Below are positions 49,810 to 59,302 of a stretch of 64,000 bases of DNA, piece by piece. The notes beneath the pieces were generated by a model. The model searched no databases. It was not told the origin of the DNA and saw only the letters and a program-made list of their open reading frames with translations. Position 1 is the stretch's first letter, and the number at the start of each line of letters is the position of its first letter. The DNA lies in NCBI GenBank assembly GCA_035489815.1, contig DATHJH010000012.1, positions 1,359 through 65,358 of the forward strand, written 5' to 3'. The translations under genes and the position numbers were made by a program. Origin of the DNA: Candidatus Limnocylindria bacterium (GTDB taxonomy: Bacteria > Patescibacteriota > Saccharimonadia > Saccharimonadales > JAGQNK01).

Positions 49810-51138
49810 TTACGCAGCTTTTTTATCTTCCGGGGAGTCTTCTTGCGATTCATCTGTGGCCTGACGACGATTTTTTAGCCTGCGAAGGAAGGATGGTTTT
49901 TGCAGTTCGTCCTCGTCAGCATCAGTGCCCACGAAAGCCTGAGAGGAAGCACTGGAGCCCGGGCTGCTACCCCGCGCCTCATGAGAGGTCTCCTGTTTTT
50001 CTTCTTCCCCTTCCATATTCCAGATGTTTGGCATGGGCTTCTCATTTTCAAAAGCCTGAGAGGCCTCGGTGGGCTCGTCCAGGTTTGTGTCAATGTCCGC
50101 CAAATCGTTGTTGTCTGTACTGCGAACAGGTGTTACCGAACTTTGCCGAGTCGTTGTAGTGTCGACATCACGATTAGTAAAATAGGTTGCATCGAAGCCA
50201 GTTGCTACTACCGTGATAATTATTTCATCTTCAAGGTCCGGAGTAATAGTCGCTCCAAAAATGATATTGGCATCCGGATCAGCTGCGGCCGTTATTGTCT
50301 CTGCGGCCGTGTTTATCTCGTGCATGGACATATTCATGCCACCAATGACGTTGAACAGGATGCCCCTGGCGCCATCAATTGACACTTCCAGCAGGGGTGA
50401 TTCAACGGCCTGTTGCGCCGCCTTAACAGCCCTGTCGTCACCGCTTGCCCGTCCGATCCCCATAAGCGCTGAACCAGCACTCTGCATGACCGCCTTGACA
50501 TCTGCAAAGTCCAGATTGATAAGCCCGTGAACGGTAATCAGGTCAGATATACCCTGCACACCTTGCCTTAGCACATCATCTGCCACCTTAAAGGCTTCCA
50601 GCAAAGGGGTTTGCCGGTCAATAGTTTGCAACAAACGGTCGTTCGGGATCACTATGAGGGTATCAACCGCCGTTCGCAGGTTACTTATAGCAACCTCAGC
50701 GTTACGGCGACGTTTGTCACCCTCAAATGCAAACGGCTTTGTAGCAAAACCTACAACAAGAGCACCCGATTGCTTGGCGGCATTAGCGACGATATGACCC
50801 GCTCCACTTCCTGTGCCGCCGCCAGCTCCCAGGGTAATAAAGACCATATCGGCGCCCTCAAGAGCCTTCTTTATTTCTTCCAAAGATTCTTCAGCAGCCT
50901 TCTGTCCCACTTGTGGGTCTGCTCCTGCGCCAAGTCCACGAGTGGTGTCGGTTCCAATGTGGATCTTCTTCTGAGCCAAGGAGTGATGAAGTGCCTGAGC
51001 GTCCGTATTGACAACAATAAACTCAACTCCTTCAACCCCTGCATCAATCATACGATTGACAGCAGCACCTCCGGCTCCACCGACCCCTACTACTTTAATC
51101 CGTGCAAAAGTTTCTATGGCTGGCGCAACTTGTGGCAT
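49810..51138 (-). CDS. ftsZ: cell division protein FtsZ
   Basis: 442 aa. [13 protein letters not shown] and [11 protein letters not shown] tubulin signature. Long acidic disordered C-terminal linker. Confidence 0.95.
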   Translation of the reverse strand: MPQVAPAIETFARIKVVGVGGAGGAAVNRMIDAGVEGVEFIVVNTDAQALHHSLAQKKIHIGTDTTRGLGAGADPQVGQKAAEESLEEIKKALEGADMVFITLGAGGGTGSGAGHIVANAAKQSGALVVGFATKPFAFEGDKRRRNAEVAISNLRTAVDTLIVIPNDRLLQTIDRQTPLLEAFKVADDVLRQGVQGISDLITVHGLINLDFADVKAVMQSAGSALMGIGRASGDDRAVKAAQQAVESPLLEVSIDGARGILFNVIGGMNMSMHEINTAAETITAAADPDANIIFGATITPDLEDEIIITVVATGFDATYFTNRDVDTTTTRQSSVTPVRSTDNNDLADIDTNLDEPTEASQAFENEKPMPNIWNMEGEEEKQETSHEARGSSPGSSASSQAFVGTDADEDELQKPSFLRRLKNRRQATDESQEDSPEDKKAA

Positions 51139-51258
51139 CTTATAAGATTCCTCTTCCTGTCCTAGTTATAGAGAGAGTATACCCTATGCCTCTTTCGGAT
51201 TCAATCAGGCACACAACCGTACAAGCTCAACACGATCTCAACATATTTTTAGCGCTTT

Positions 51259-52488
51259 TTAGCGCTTAAAACGACGTAAGAGGCCTTCTATAAGCCCGAA
51301 TATGCCTTCATTTGGCTTACCCGCTACCATCTGTTCGTCTGTCGGCATAAAGAGCATGTCAAGCAACATAAGCCCGACTGAGCCAGCATATGCAGGATCC
51401 TGAACGGTATCGACAAGACCCGAAAGCGGCTGGAGCGCACCAACTCTTGTAGCAAGCTCCAGCTTCTCTTTGGCAAATTCGGCTATGCCTGGCAAATTAG
51501 CCGTCCCGCCAACAAGTACAATGCCGCCCGGCAGCTTTCGTGAACGATGAATCTTTTTCAATTCCTTATCAACGTACTCCAGTATCTCATCCACTCTTGC
51601 TTCGGTAATCATTCGAATATCCTCGGCATCGAAAATATGGGTCTTTTCTTCATAAACGACAGAGACACTGCCTATTTTTGAGTCAGGGCCCAGGTCGGCG
51701 TGTTTTAGTTTTACCTCTTCAGCAATATCCAAATCTGTCTTAAGCCCAATAGCCAGGTCGTTTGTGATATGCATGCCCCCCAGGGGCAGGACCGCTACAT
51801 GCTGAACCTCTCCGTCTTCTATCACTGTTAAGTTCGTTGTGCCGGCCCCTATATCAAGTAATAAAGTGCCCGACTCTTTCTGTTGGCGGCTTAACACAGC
51901 CTCTGCAGCAGCAAGACTGGTTACGGTGTAGTGGCTTGGTTTGATATGCGCCTTCTCAAGCACGAGCCCCAAGCTCTTCAAATTTGGAGAAGCCGCCGTC
52001 ACAATATGTGTATCTACCTCTAACCTTACTCCCTGCATACCTACAGGATCTTTGATGTTATCCTGACCATCCAGTCGATAATTCTTGGCAAAGACCTGAA
52101 TGATTTCTCTGTTAGGCGGTAGCTTTACAATCGTTGCCGCTTCTTCTGCGCGTAATCTATCTTCATTCGATATCTGGCGATTAGCCGTGCTGATGGCTAT
52201 TACGCCCTTGGAGTTCATGCCAACAACATGCGATCCATTGACGTTAACAGTGGCGTTATGTATTTGAACACCGGAAAGTCGCTCAGCTTCCGTCACGGCA
52301 TGAATCACCGCCTCTACCACGTCTTCTATATGTACAACGGCGCCTCTACGCATCCCCAGGTTCGGTGCACTGCCATGACCAATAATAGAAGGGTGCGAGT
52401 CCTGGCCATCAATCATGCCGACAACACAACGAACAGCACTCGTACCAATATCGAGCCCAAAGAAATGACTGGGCGAAGGATCGCGCAT
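51259..52488 (-). CDS. ftsA: cell division protein FtsA
   Basis: Start trimmed to MRDPSPSHFFGLDIGTSAVRCVVG (actin-fold phosphate-1 motif). LLDIGAGTTN phosphate-2 motif. 409 aa. Confidence 0.9.
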   Translation of the reverse strand: MRDPSPSHFFGLDIGTSAVRCVVGMIDGQDSHPSIIGHGSAPNLGMRRGAVVHIEDVVEAVIHAVTEAERLSGVQIHNATVNVNGSHVVGMNSKGVIAISTANRQISNEDRLRAEEAATIVKLPPNREIIQVFAKNYRLDGQDNIKDPVGMQGVRLEVDTHIVTAASPNLKSLGLVLEKAHIKPSHYTVTSLAAAEAVLSRQQKESGTLLLDIGAGTTNLTVIEDGEVQHVAVLPLGGMHITNDLAIGLKTDLDIAEEVKLKHADLGPDSKIGSVSVVYEEKTHIFDAEDIRMITEARVDEILEYVDKELKKIHRSRKLPGGIVLVGGTANLPGIAEFAKEKLELATRVGALQPLSGLVDTVQDPAYAGSVGLMLLDMLFMPTDEQMVAGKPNEGIFGLIEGLLRRFKR

Positions 52489-52529
52489 GCTGAAAGTATA
52501 CCATAAGCGCCAGATGAAGTATTCGCTAG

Positions 52530-52657
52530 CTGACCCCCACTCACTTTTCACCCCAAAGAGACGCTCCGCGCAGGATCTGCCCCCACTTTTTTTTGGGGCG
52601 GACTCCGGCTTCACACTTCGTCAGCCTCTTTGGATGCAAAAAGTGAGTGGGGGTCAG
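52530..52657. repeat. 128-bp element bounded by a perfect 19-bp inverted repeat (map-ftsA intergenic)
   Basis: CTGACCCCCACTCACTTTT (52530-52548) pairs with AAAAGTGAGTGGGGGTCAG (52639-52657). Inner complementary pairs are CCAAAGAG/CTCTTTGG and GCCCCA/TGGGGC. No U-tract follows the outer stem. Confidence 0.6.
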
Positions 52658-52664
52658 ACTCGCG

Positions 52665-53420
52665 CTAGAGCTTGGTTAGAATCTCTGATCCATCCTGCGT
52701 AATAAGAATGGTGTGCTCAAAGTGGGCTGCCAGGGATCTGTCGTTAGATCGAACAGTCCAGCCGTCAACGTCGATAAATACCCGAAAATCACCTAAAGTA
52801 GCCATGGGCTCAATTGCAATAGTCATACCAGTAGAGAGCGCCGGACCGGTACCTTTTCTGCCGTAATTAGGTATATCCGGCTCCTCATGCAGCTGATGTC
52901 CTACACCATGCCCAACCATGTCGCGCACCACACCGTAACCGCCTGCATCAAGTACCTGCTGAATTGCACTGCTGATATCGCCCACACGCACTCCGTTCCT
53001 GAGCGTTGCAATTCCAGCATAGAGTGAAGCTTGAGTATCTTGAAGGAGCTTAATTACCTTTTCGTTTTTAGCTCCACCCGCAACAGTTGATATGGCAGAG
53101 TCAGTAATCATGCCGTCGTATGTCACACCAAAGTCCAGACTCACAATATCCCCTTGCCTGATTTCACGTTTTGCACTTGGGATACCGTGCACTATCTCGT
53201 CATTTAGTGAGATGCAGATAACTTCAGGAAAGCCGTATTGCCCTAAAAACGTAGGCTGACCGCCAGTACCACGCAGCTCACGCTTGGCAATCTCTGCAAG
53301 GTCTTTGGTCGTGAGGCCGGGCTGCACGGCCTGCTTCAGGGTTGCCAGCACCGTTGCCAGCAACCGGCCGCTTTCTCGCATTGCCTTTATTTCTGCCGGG
53401 GTTTTAACCTTGATCTGCAT
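52665..53420 (-). CDS. map: methionine aminopeptidase type I
   Basis: 251 aa with metal ligand contexts (VSLDFGV, DSAIS, GHGVGHQLHE, IEP, EHT). Confidence 0.95.
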   Translation of the reverse strand: MQIKVKTPAEIKAMRESGRLLATVLATLKQAVQPGLTTKDLAEIAKRELRGTGGQPTFLGQYGFPEVICISLNDEIVHGIPSAKREIRQGDIVSLDFGVTYDGMITDSAISTVAGGAKNEKVIKLLQDTQASLYAGIATLRNGVRVGDISSAIQQVLDAGGYGVVRDMVGHGVGHQLHEEPDIPNYGRKGTGPALSTGMTIAIEPMATLGDFRVFIDVDGWTVRSNDRSLAAHFEHTILITQDGSEILTKL

Positions 53421-53426
53421 AGTGGC

Positions 53427-53966
53427 TTAGGCCAATGAAGTTATAGCCTGTTTTATTTCTTGATGAATGGTGTTAACCGAGTCTTCACCGTCGATATCGA
53501 ATATTGGCACTTTGGCACTTCTGAAATGATCCAGGATTGGTTTGGTGATTTCTTCATATTCACGAAAACGTTCCAGAATTGCCTCTTTATGGTCATCCTG
53601 GCGACCTCGCCGCAACAGTCTGTCCAGCACCGTTTGCTCGCCTACGGTCAAATGGATGACGGCCGTGACATCCAGCTGGCCGTGTTTGTGTTGATTCAGC
53701 AGCCAATCGGCCTGAGAAACAGTCCGCGGAAACCCATCAAGTATAAACTCTTCATGCACGTCTATCATAGCGAAGATCTTTTGTACAAGTTTGATGATTT
53801 CCCTGTCTGAAAGCAGCTTACCGGCAAGCATGTCTTTACGCCGGTCACCCGAAACAAGCATACGCAAAAACTCACCAGTGGAAAGCCAGGGTAGGGCCAG
53901 CTCATCAGCCAGCAAACGTCCCTGCACGCTCTTGCCCGAACCAGCTACTCCCATAAAGACAATCAC
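53427..53966 (-). CDS. adk: adenylate kinase (short-lid form)
   Basis: 179 aa. P-loop GVAGSGKS, ILDGFPRTVSQADWL, RGRQDDHKEAILERF. Confidence 0.85.
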   Translation of the reverse strand: MIVFMGVAGSGKSVQGRLLADELALPWLSTGEFLRMLVSGDRRKDMLAGKLLSDREIIKLVQKIFAMIDVHEEFILDGFPRTVSQADWLLNQHKHGQLDVTAVIHLTVGEQTVLDRLLRRGRQDDHKEAILERFREYEEITKPILDHFRSAKVPIFDIDGEDSVNTIHQEIKQAITSLA

Positions 53967-54418
53967 TTTTGCAGCCTTTCTTTGACACCGGCCGCAATAC
54001 GACCCCCATCCACAGCGCCACCACTCAGCTCTTTTACGCGGGCAATGATTTTACCCAGAGCCTGGGGCGAAACTTCTTCCTGCTCGCTTACTGCTTGTTC
54101 TATCAGGTCCTGAAGCACTTTATCAGACAGTTGAGCGGGCAAATATACTTCAATGGCCTTAATCTCTGCTAACTCAGCGTCGGCCTTCGCCTGATTCCCG
54201 CCCCTGGTATAAAGTTCTGCACTTTCCTGACGCTTCTTTGCCTCTTTTCTAAAAAGTTCAATCACATCCTTGTCGTCTAAGCCATTCTCCCGCCTGCCGG
54301 AGGCAACTTCTGCATACAAAACAGCACTTTTCAGAGTACGCAAAGTAGTAACGAGTATTTTATCACCACTCAGCATCGCAGCCTTCAGATCAGCATCTAT
54401 ATGTTGTTTTATGCTCAT
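53963..54418 (-). CDS. yqeY: GatB/YqeY domain protein
   Basis: 151 aa. IKQHIDADLKAAMLSGDK...LRTLKSAV...EIKAIEVYLP pattern of YqeY. Confidence 0.85.
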   Translation of the reverse strand: MSIKQHIDADLKAAMLSGDKILVTTLRTLKSAVLYAEVASGRRENGLDDKDVIELFRKEAKKRQESAELYTRGGNQAKADAELAEIKAIEVYLPAQLSDKVLQDLIEQAVSEQEEVSPQALGKIIARVKELSGGAVDGGRIAAGVKERLQK

Positions 54419-54440
54419 ACTTCCCTACCGGCAGTTTAGC

Positions 54441-54471
54441 AGAAAAATAAGGGTTCTTAAAAACCCTTATT
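54441..54471 (-). terminator. intrinsic terminator of rpsU
   Basis: 10-bp stem AATAAGGGTT/AACCCTTATT with a 6-nt loop, followed by TTTTCTGC on the minus strand. About 17 nt after the rpsU stop. Confidence 0.6.
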
Positions 54472-54487
54472 GACCTGACCAAAGTTG

Positions 54488-54703
54488 CTATTTTTGGCCA
54501 AGCTTAATTTTCTTCAGTTTCAGAGACTTGCGCTCGCGGCGCTGAATAGCCTTTTCGCGCCTGTCACGCTTGCTTATAGGTTTCTCAAAGTGTTGTGCCT
54601 GTTTTGCACCTGCTACCACCCCGGCACTTTGTACTTTGCGCGTAAACCGGCGCAAAACGTTCTCTACAGATTCTTTAGAATCTTTACGGGTTACTTGTAT
54701 CAT
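54488..54703 (-). CDS. rpsU: 30S ribosomal protein S21
   Basis: 71 aa. ESVENVLRRFTRKVQSAGV...KRDRREKAIQRRERK is the typical S21 pattern. Confidence 0.9.
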   Translation of the reverse strand: MIQVTRKDSKESVENVLRRFTRKVQSAGVVAGAKQAQHFEKPISKRDRREKAIQRRERKSLKLKKIKLGQK

Positions 54704-54710
54704 GCGGAAT

Positions 54711-54739
54711 ATTGTACGCTAACAGATACCAATATGCAA
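54711..54739 (-). promoter_or_regulatory. candidate promoter placing the rpsU ATG at the transcript 5-prime end (leaderless)
   Basis: Minus strand: TTGCAT (54734-54739), 17-nt spacer, TACAAT (54711-54716), then only 7 nt before the ATG. No SD is present. Confidence 0.45.
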
Positions 54740-54753
54740 GTAACACCTGCCGG

Positions 54754-55059
54754 CTAAGAACCCGGCTGTTGCTTCTTTTGATTCATACGTTGTGACTTCA
54801 ACACTATGCTTTGGAGTTCTTTAAAAATAATGAAATGCTTGTTGGTATGATAGATCTTCGTATTGCCCTGGCGTTCGGATATCAGGAACCCGATCTTCTC
54901 CAGGCGCTTTAACTCGCGTTGAATATTGCCGGCATCTTCTTTGATCAATTTCGCCAGACCACGGACATGTGTCTTGAAATCCGGGTACTTGGCGTACACG
55001 ACTATAATTTTGCGTCGAACTCGTGAAGTAATAAAAACGTCTAGCATAAGCCTCTTCAT
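54754..55059 (-). CDS. winged-helix transcriptional regulator (ArsR/MarR-like)
   Basis: About 101 aa. HVRGLAKLIKEDAGNIQRELKRLEKIGFLISERQGNTKIY is an HTH plus wing pattern. The ATG at 55059 is preferred over the TTG at 55065. Divergent from priA. Confidence 0.65.
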   Translation of the reverse strand: MKRLMLDVFITSRVRRKIIVVYAKYPDFKTHVRGLAKLIKEDAGNIQRELKRLEKIGFLISERQGNTKIYHTNKHFIIFKELQSIVLKSQRMNQKKQQPGS

Positions 55060-55127
55060 TGTCAATCAGACAACGTAAAGTATACTGGACCCTCGCAAGA
55101 CTTTCAACATAATTTTCCAATAAATCC

Positions 55128-55133
55128 TATACT
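55128..55133 (+). promoter_or_regulatory. candidate -10 box for leaderless priA
   Basis: TATACT at 55128-55133, 6 nt before the priA ATG (55140). No SD is present. Confidence 0.35.
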
Positions 55134-55139
55134 AGACTC

Positions 55140-57089
55140 ATGCCCTACTTTTATTTTGAGGTTTTGGTAAGCAGCCAGCGCTACCATAGCGCCAAACTGC
55201 TGACCTATAGGCATGAGTCCCCGTTAAGGCCCGGTACGCCGGTAATCGTCCCTTTGCAACGTCAAACTGTCGTAGCCGTAGTCATAAGGAAAGCTTCTAA
55301 ACCAACCTTTACCTCTAAAGACATTCTGGGGGTCATAAGCACCAGGACAGTGCCAGCCGAGCTGCTGGCCCTGATCGCATGGCTTAAGGAGTATTACCCC
55401 GCGCCCTCCGGCCAAATCGCCTCTCTTGCACTGCCAGGCATTCTGTCCTCGAAAAGTCGGCAGTCCCAAACCAGGCAGGCCGCTTCCCAATTGCCAACAC
55501 CCCTACCACCCCTCACAAAAAACCAGGCACAAGCGCTCAGACAAATCCAGGAACAGCACCCAAAGAGCATCCTGCTCCATGGCGACACAGGCACCGGAAA
55601 AACCCGACTTTACATAGAACTCGCCAGACAGGCACTTGGCAAGCGCCTGTCTGTCATCCTGCTAACGCCAGAGATTGGGCTTACGCCTCAACTGGCGACT
55701 TCTTTGCAAGAAGCATTCCCCGATCAAACACTTGTTATGCATTCCGAACTCAGCTCCACAGCCCGCCGAAACGGCTGGATGCGTAGCCTGGAGTCAGACA
55801 AGCCCCTGGTGATAATTGGACCTCGCTCTGCGTTATTCACCCCAGTGCACAAAGTGGGTTTTATTATTCTGGACGAGTTTCATGAACCGTCTTATAAACA
55901 AGAACAGGCTCCGCACTACCTTGCTACAAGGGTAGCAGCAAAATTAGCAGAGCTTCACCAGGCACAGCTTATCCTGGGAAGCGCCACGCCACTGGTAGGT
56001 GATTATTATGCCTTCAAAGAAAAGGGTCTCCCCGTGATCAGAATGCAACAGCAAGCCATGCAGTCCAATTTCGGGCAGAAGCCAATCGTTAGCATAGTGG
56101 ACCTTAAGGACAAGCAGCACTTTGGCCGCTCTCCCTGGATTTCTGACACACTTATAGACTCGATTGAAAAGTCCCTCGCCAGCAAACAGCAGTCACTGAT
56201 CTTCTTAAATCGGCGAGGTACTGCAAGACTTGCACTCTGCCAGGCATGTGGCTGGCAAGCACTTTGTCCCAACTGCGACCTCCCGCTGACATACCATGGA
56301 GACTTTCATACCATGGTTTGCCATACTTGTGGGTATCAGCAGAAAACCCTCAGTTCCTGCCCAGACTGTAGTAGCGATGACATCGTTTTTCGCAGCATAG
56401 GGACCAAGTTCATCGTGGCAGAGATTGAACGCCTTCTCCCTTCTGCCCGGGTAAAGCGTTTTGATAGCGACACACACAAAACAGAGCGTCTGGATCAGCA
56501 GTACACCGCTGTACGGCAGGGTTCGGCAGATGTATTGGTTGGCACGCAAATGTTAGGTAAGGGATTGGACTTGCCTAAGCTTAGTGTTGTAGGAATTGTT
56601 ACAGCAGAAGCAAGCTTATTTTTCCCGGACTACACGGCCGAGGAACGAACCTACCAGCTCATTACCCAGGCTTTGGGCCGGGTACACCGCGGCCATATCC
56701 CGGGTACGGCCGTTATTCAGACGTATCACCCCGAAAGCCCCTTACTCCGAGCCGCTGTTACCAAAGATTATGAGGCTTTTTATGACCAACAAATTATAGA
56801 GAGAAAGCGCTATGGATTTCCGCCTTTCAAGTATGTGCTTAAGCTCATGTGCACCAGAGCAAGCAGTACAGCTGCCCAGCAGGCCAGCCAACGGCTTGCA
56901 GAGAAGCTTCGTACGAGTCACTTGCCCGTAGAGGTGATCGGCCCAAATCCAGCATTCGTCGAAAAGTCCCACGGAAAATACCACTGGCAAATCATTATCA
57001 AGTCCGCCCGGCGGCCAGTCCTGGTTGACATCATCAAGGACCTGCCCGCTAACTGGTCGTATGATGTCGACCCCATAAGTCTTCTCTGA
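55140..57089 (+). CDS. priA: primosomal protein N-prime (replication restart helicase PriA)
   Basis: 649 aa. Walker A GDTGTGKT, DEFHEPSYKQ, and a Cys-rich zinc region CQACGWQALCPNCDLPLTYH...CHTCGY...CPDC. Confidence 0.95.
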   Translation: MPYFYFEVLVSSQRYHSAKLLTYRHESPLRPGTPVIVPLQRQTVVAVVIRKASKPTFTSKDILGVISTRTVPAELLALIAWLKEYYPAPSGQIASLALPGILSSKSRQSQTRQAASQLPTPLPPLTKNQAQALRQIQEQHPKSILLHGDTGTGKTRLYIELARQALGKRLSVILLTPEIGLTPQLATSLQEAFPDQTLVMHSELSSTARRNGWMRSLESDKPLVIIGPRSALFTPVHKVGFIILDEFHEPSYKQEQAPHYLATRVAAKLAELHQAQLILGSATPLVGDYYAFKEKGLPVIRMQQQAMQSNFGQKPIVSIVDLKDKQHFGRSPWISDTLIDSIEKSLASKQQSLIFLNRRGTARLALCQACGWQALCPNCDLPLTYHGDFHTMVCHTCGYQQKTLSSCPDCSSDDIVFRSIGTKFIVAEIERLLPSARVKRFDSDTHKTERLDQQYTAVRQGSADVLVGTQMLGKGLDLPKLSVVGIVTAEASLFFPDYTAEERTYQLITQALGRVHRGHIPGTAVIQTYHPESPLLRAAVTKDYEAFYDQQIIERKRYGFPPFKYVLKLMCTRASSTAAQQASQRLAEKLRTSHLPVEVIGPNPAFVEKSHGKYHWQIIIKSARRPVLVDIIKDLPANWSYDVDPISLL

Positions 57090-57102
57090 TAAGATATAAC
57101 GA

Positions 57103-57675
57103 ATGACCAAAGACGATATTATTACGCTGCCTGCTGAGCATTTGCGTCAACGTTCGCAAAAAGTCGGCATCATCACAGATGAAGTCAAAAAGCTGATCAC
57201 AGACATGGAGGCAGCCACCTTGGATTGGGAGGACAGCCGCAAACATGAGGTAGGCGTTGCCCTGGCGGCCATCCAGGTGGACAAAAAGCTGCGAATTGTG
57301 GTCATACGCAATAACTTTGACGACAAATCAGACCGCAGCTTCCACGCTTTTATAAACCCCAAGATAACCAAATTCGAAGGCAAGCTGGAGGTAGACTTTG
57401 AAGGCTGCTTGAGTGTTCGGGATATATACGGCAAAGTTCCCCGCTATAGCAAAGTCCGCGTAACCGCCCTGAACAAAGAAGGCAAGCAGATTCGTGTTAC
57501 TGCCGAGGGCTTTCTGGCGCGTGTCTTTCAGCATGAAATAGACCACACCAATGGTAAAGTCTTCATTGACCATATCAAGGACAGGCCCGAAGCCTTTTAC
57601 AGACTGGACAAAGAGGGTCATTTAGAAAAATTAGACTATGAAAAAGATGTCAAAGACAGCAAAGACCTCTGGTAA
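57103..57675 (+). CDS. def: peptide deformylase
   Basis: 190 aa. GVALAAIQV, EGCLS and QHEIDH motifs. Confidence 0.95.
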   Translation: MTKDDIITLPAEHLRQRSQKVGIITDEVKKLITDMEAATLDWEDSRKHEVGVALAAIQVDKKLRIVVIRNNFDDKSDRSFHAFINPKITKFEGKLEVDFEGCLSVRDIYGKVPRYSKVRVTALNKEGKQIRVTAEGFLARVFQHEIDHTNGKVFIDHIKDRPEAFYRLDKEGHLEKLDYEKDVKDSKDLW

Positions 57676-58585
57676 AATACCGATCGTGTTTTTTGGGAGC
57701 GGCCCGGTGGCCGCCAAGTCTTTGGAACTCCTTGTAAAAGACTTTGTCATTGAGGCAGTAGTGACCAAACCCAAGCCAGTTCACCATCGGGGTGACACCC
57801 CTGTCCTAGAACTATGCGACAGCCTAAAGCTTAAAACCTTCACGCCCACCAACAAGAAAGAGCTTTCAGAACTCTTTGTGCAAAAACCGGTCACCTCTAA
57901 TCTGGGAGTGGTCATAGACTACGGAATTATTATTGCTCAGGACGTTATAGATTATTTTCCCTTAGGTATTGTAAATAGCCACTTTAGTCTCCTGCCGGAG
58001 TGGCGAGGGGCCGACCCCATTACCTTTTCTGTCCTTTCCGGCCAGGAAGTAACCGGCGTTAGCCTTATGGTCATCACGGCCGGCCTGGACGAAGGACCCC
58101 TTTTGTCCCAGTCCCCCTACCTTTTACCCAAGGAAATTACCGCACCAGAACTAACAGATGCCCTGATTGAAATAAGCCATGTCTCCCTAAGAGAAATACT
58201 GCCCAGGTACGTAGCGGGCGAGGTCGTACCCAGGGACCAGGACCTTTCCAAGCCCCCTACCTTTTCCCGCAAACTCACGAAAGAAGATGGAACGGTCGAC
58301 TGGAACAAGCCCGCCGTACAGGTCGAACGCGAAATCCGCGCCTTTGTGGAATGGCCCAAATCCCGGACCACCATCGCCGGCAAGGACGTCATCTTAACAA
58401 AAGCTCACGCCGTACCGGTAAACGATCCGGACAGTAAACCAGGAGACATTGACGCACAAGGTAGTGCCCTCATGGTAGAGTGCGGCAGTGGATACCTCTG
58501 CATCGACCGGCTTAAACCGGCGGGCAAAAAAGAAATGACCGCAGCCGCGTTTCTAGCCGGCTACGGCCACTTACTAAAGTCTTAG
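57638..58585 (+). CDS. fmt: methionyl-tRNA formyltransferase
   Basis: 315 aa. VNSHFSLLPEWRGADPI motif plus a C-terminal tRNA-binding domain. Overlaps the def 3-prime end; the start could be a few codons downstream. Confidence 0.95.
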   Translation: MKKMSKTAKTSGKIPIVFFGSGPVAAKSLELLVKDFVIEAVVTKPKPVHHRGDTPVLELCDSLKLKTFTPTNKKELSELFVQKPVTSNLGVVIDYGIIIAQDVIDYFPLGIVNSHFSLLPEWRGADPITFSVLSGQEVTGVSLMVITAGLDEGPLLSQSPYLLPKEITAPELTDALIEISHVSLREILPRYVAGEVVPRDQDLSKPPTFSRKLTKEDGTVDWNKPAVQVEREIRAFVEWPKSRTTIAGKDVILTKAHAVPVNDPDSKPGDIDAQGSALMVECGSGYLCIDRLKPAGKKEMTAAAFLAGYGHLLKS

Positions 58586-58606
58586 GGTCAGAGGTTAGGA
58601 TTAGAG

Positions 58607-59242
58607 TTAGGCAGCCTGTGCTGGTGGCTGCTGGGTATCATCAGCGTCAGATTGCTGCTGAGTAGGCTGCTGAGAAAAGGGCGTACTATTTACAGGGGGC
58701 TGCTGATGGCTTGGACCACCCATGGGAGCAGGTGGCGGCTGATAATAGGCTCCCTGACCAGGTTGTGGCACCATGGGTTGCTGTGGCAGTGAAGCGACGG
58801 GGCTCTGTGGAGCCTGAGGCTGCTGACCAAAGCTCGCGCCAGGCTGCTGCTGTTGCGGGGGTTGAACCGCATGAGCAGGGTTATTATATTGCGGCTGCTG
58901 GTGAGCAACGGCTGCCTGCTGCTGCAAAGCCTGTTGGCTGGCAGCCACAATCTGTGGTGCAGCCTGCTTGATTTCCCCTTTTAAAGCCTCCAGCTCATCA
59001 GCTACCACCTGCTTGTAGTTGGGAAAGTTGGATTCCAGCCACTTGAGTGCGCCGGCTTCGTCGTTTTTGTCTATGAAGCCCTCAAACTCATCCAGCTGTT
59101 CATTGGTCATCTTCTCTGCCAGCTTCATACCTACCCGCATCTCCAGCGTTTCATAGATATGGGCCAGCATCTTGTTCTTTTCATCGGCTGGCAATGCACC
59201 CAGTCCCAGTTCTTTCAACAAATTGTCATCTAGCTTAAACAT
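58607..59242 (-). CDS. hypothetical protein, helical N-domain plus Gln/Pro-rich low-complexity tail
   Basis: 211 aa. N-terminal 95 aa are structured (MFKLDDNLLKELGLGALPADEKNKML...). The C-terminal 110 aa are Q/P/A-rich. My recollection of a CPR-associated DUF is uncertain, so the protein is left unassigned. Confidence 0.5.
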   Translation of the reverse strand: MFKLDDNLLKELGLGALPADEKNKMLAHIYETLEMRVGMKLAEKMTNEQLDEFEGFIDKNDEAGALKWLESNFPNYKQVVADELEALKGEIKQAAPQIVAASQQALQQQAAVAHQQPQYNNPAHAVQPPQQQQPGASFGQQPQAPQSPVASLPQQPMVPQPGQGAYYQPPPAPMGGPSHQQPPVNSTPFSQQPTQQQSDADDTQQPPAQAA

Positions 59243-59302
59243 CGTTCACTTCCTTTCAGCTTTTATTTTACCACCTCAGCTGGTTTCGTGAAGCCAGTAT
59301 AT

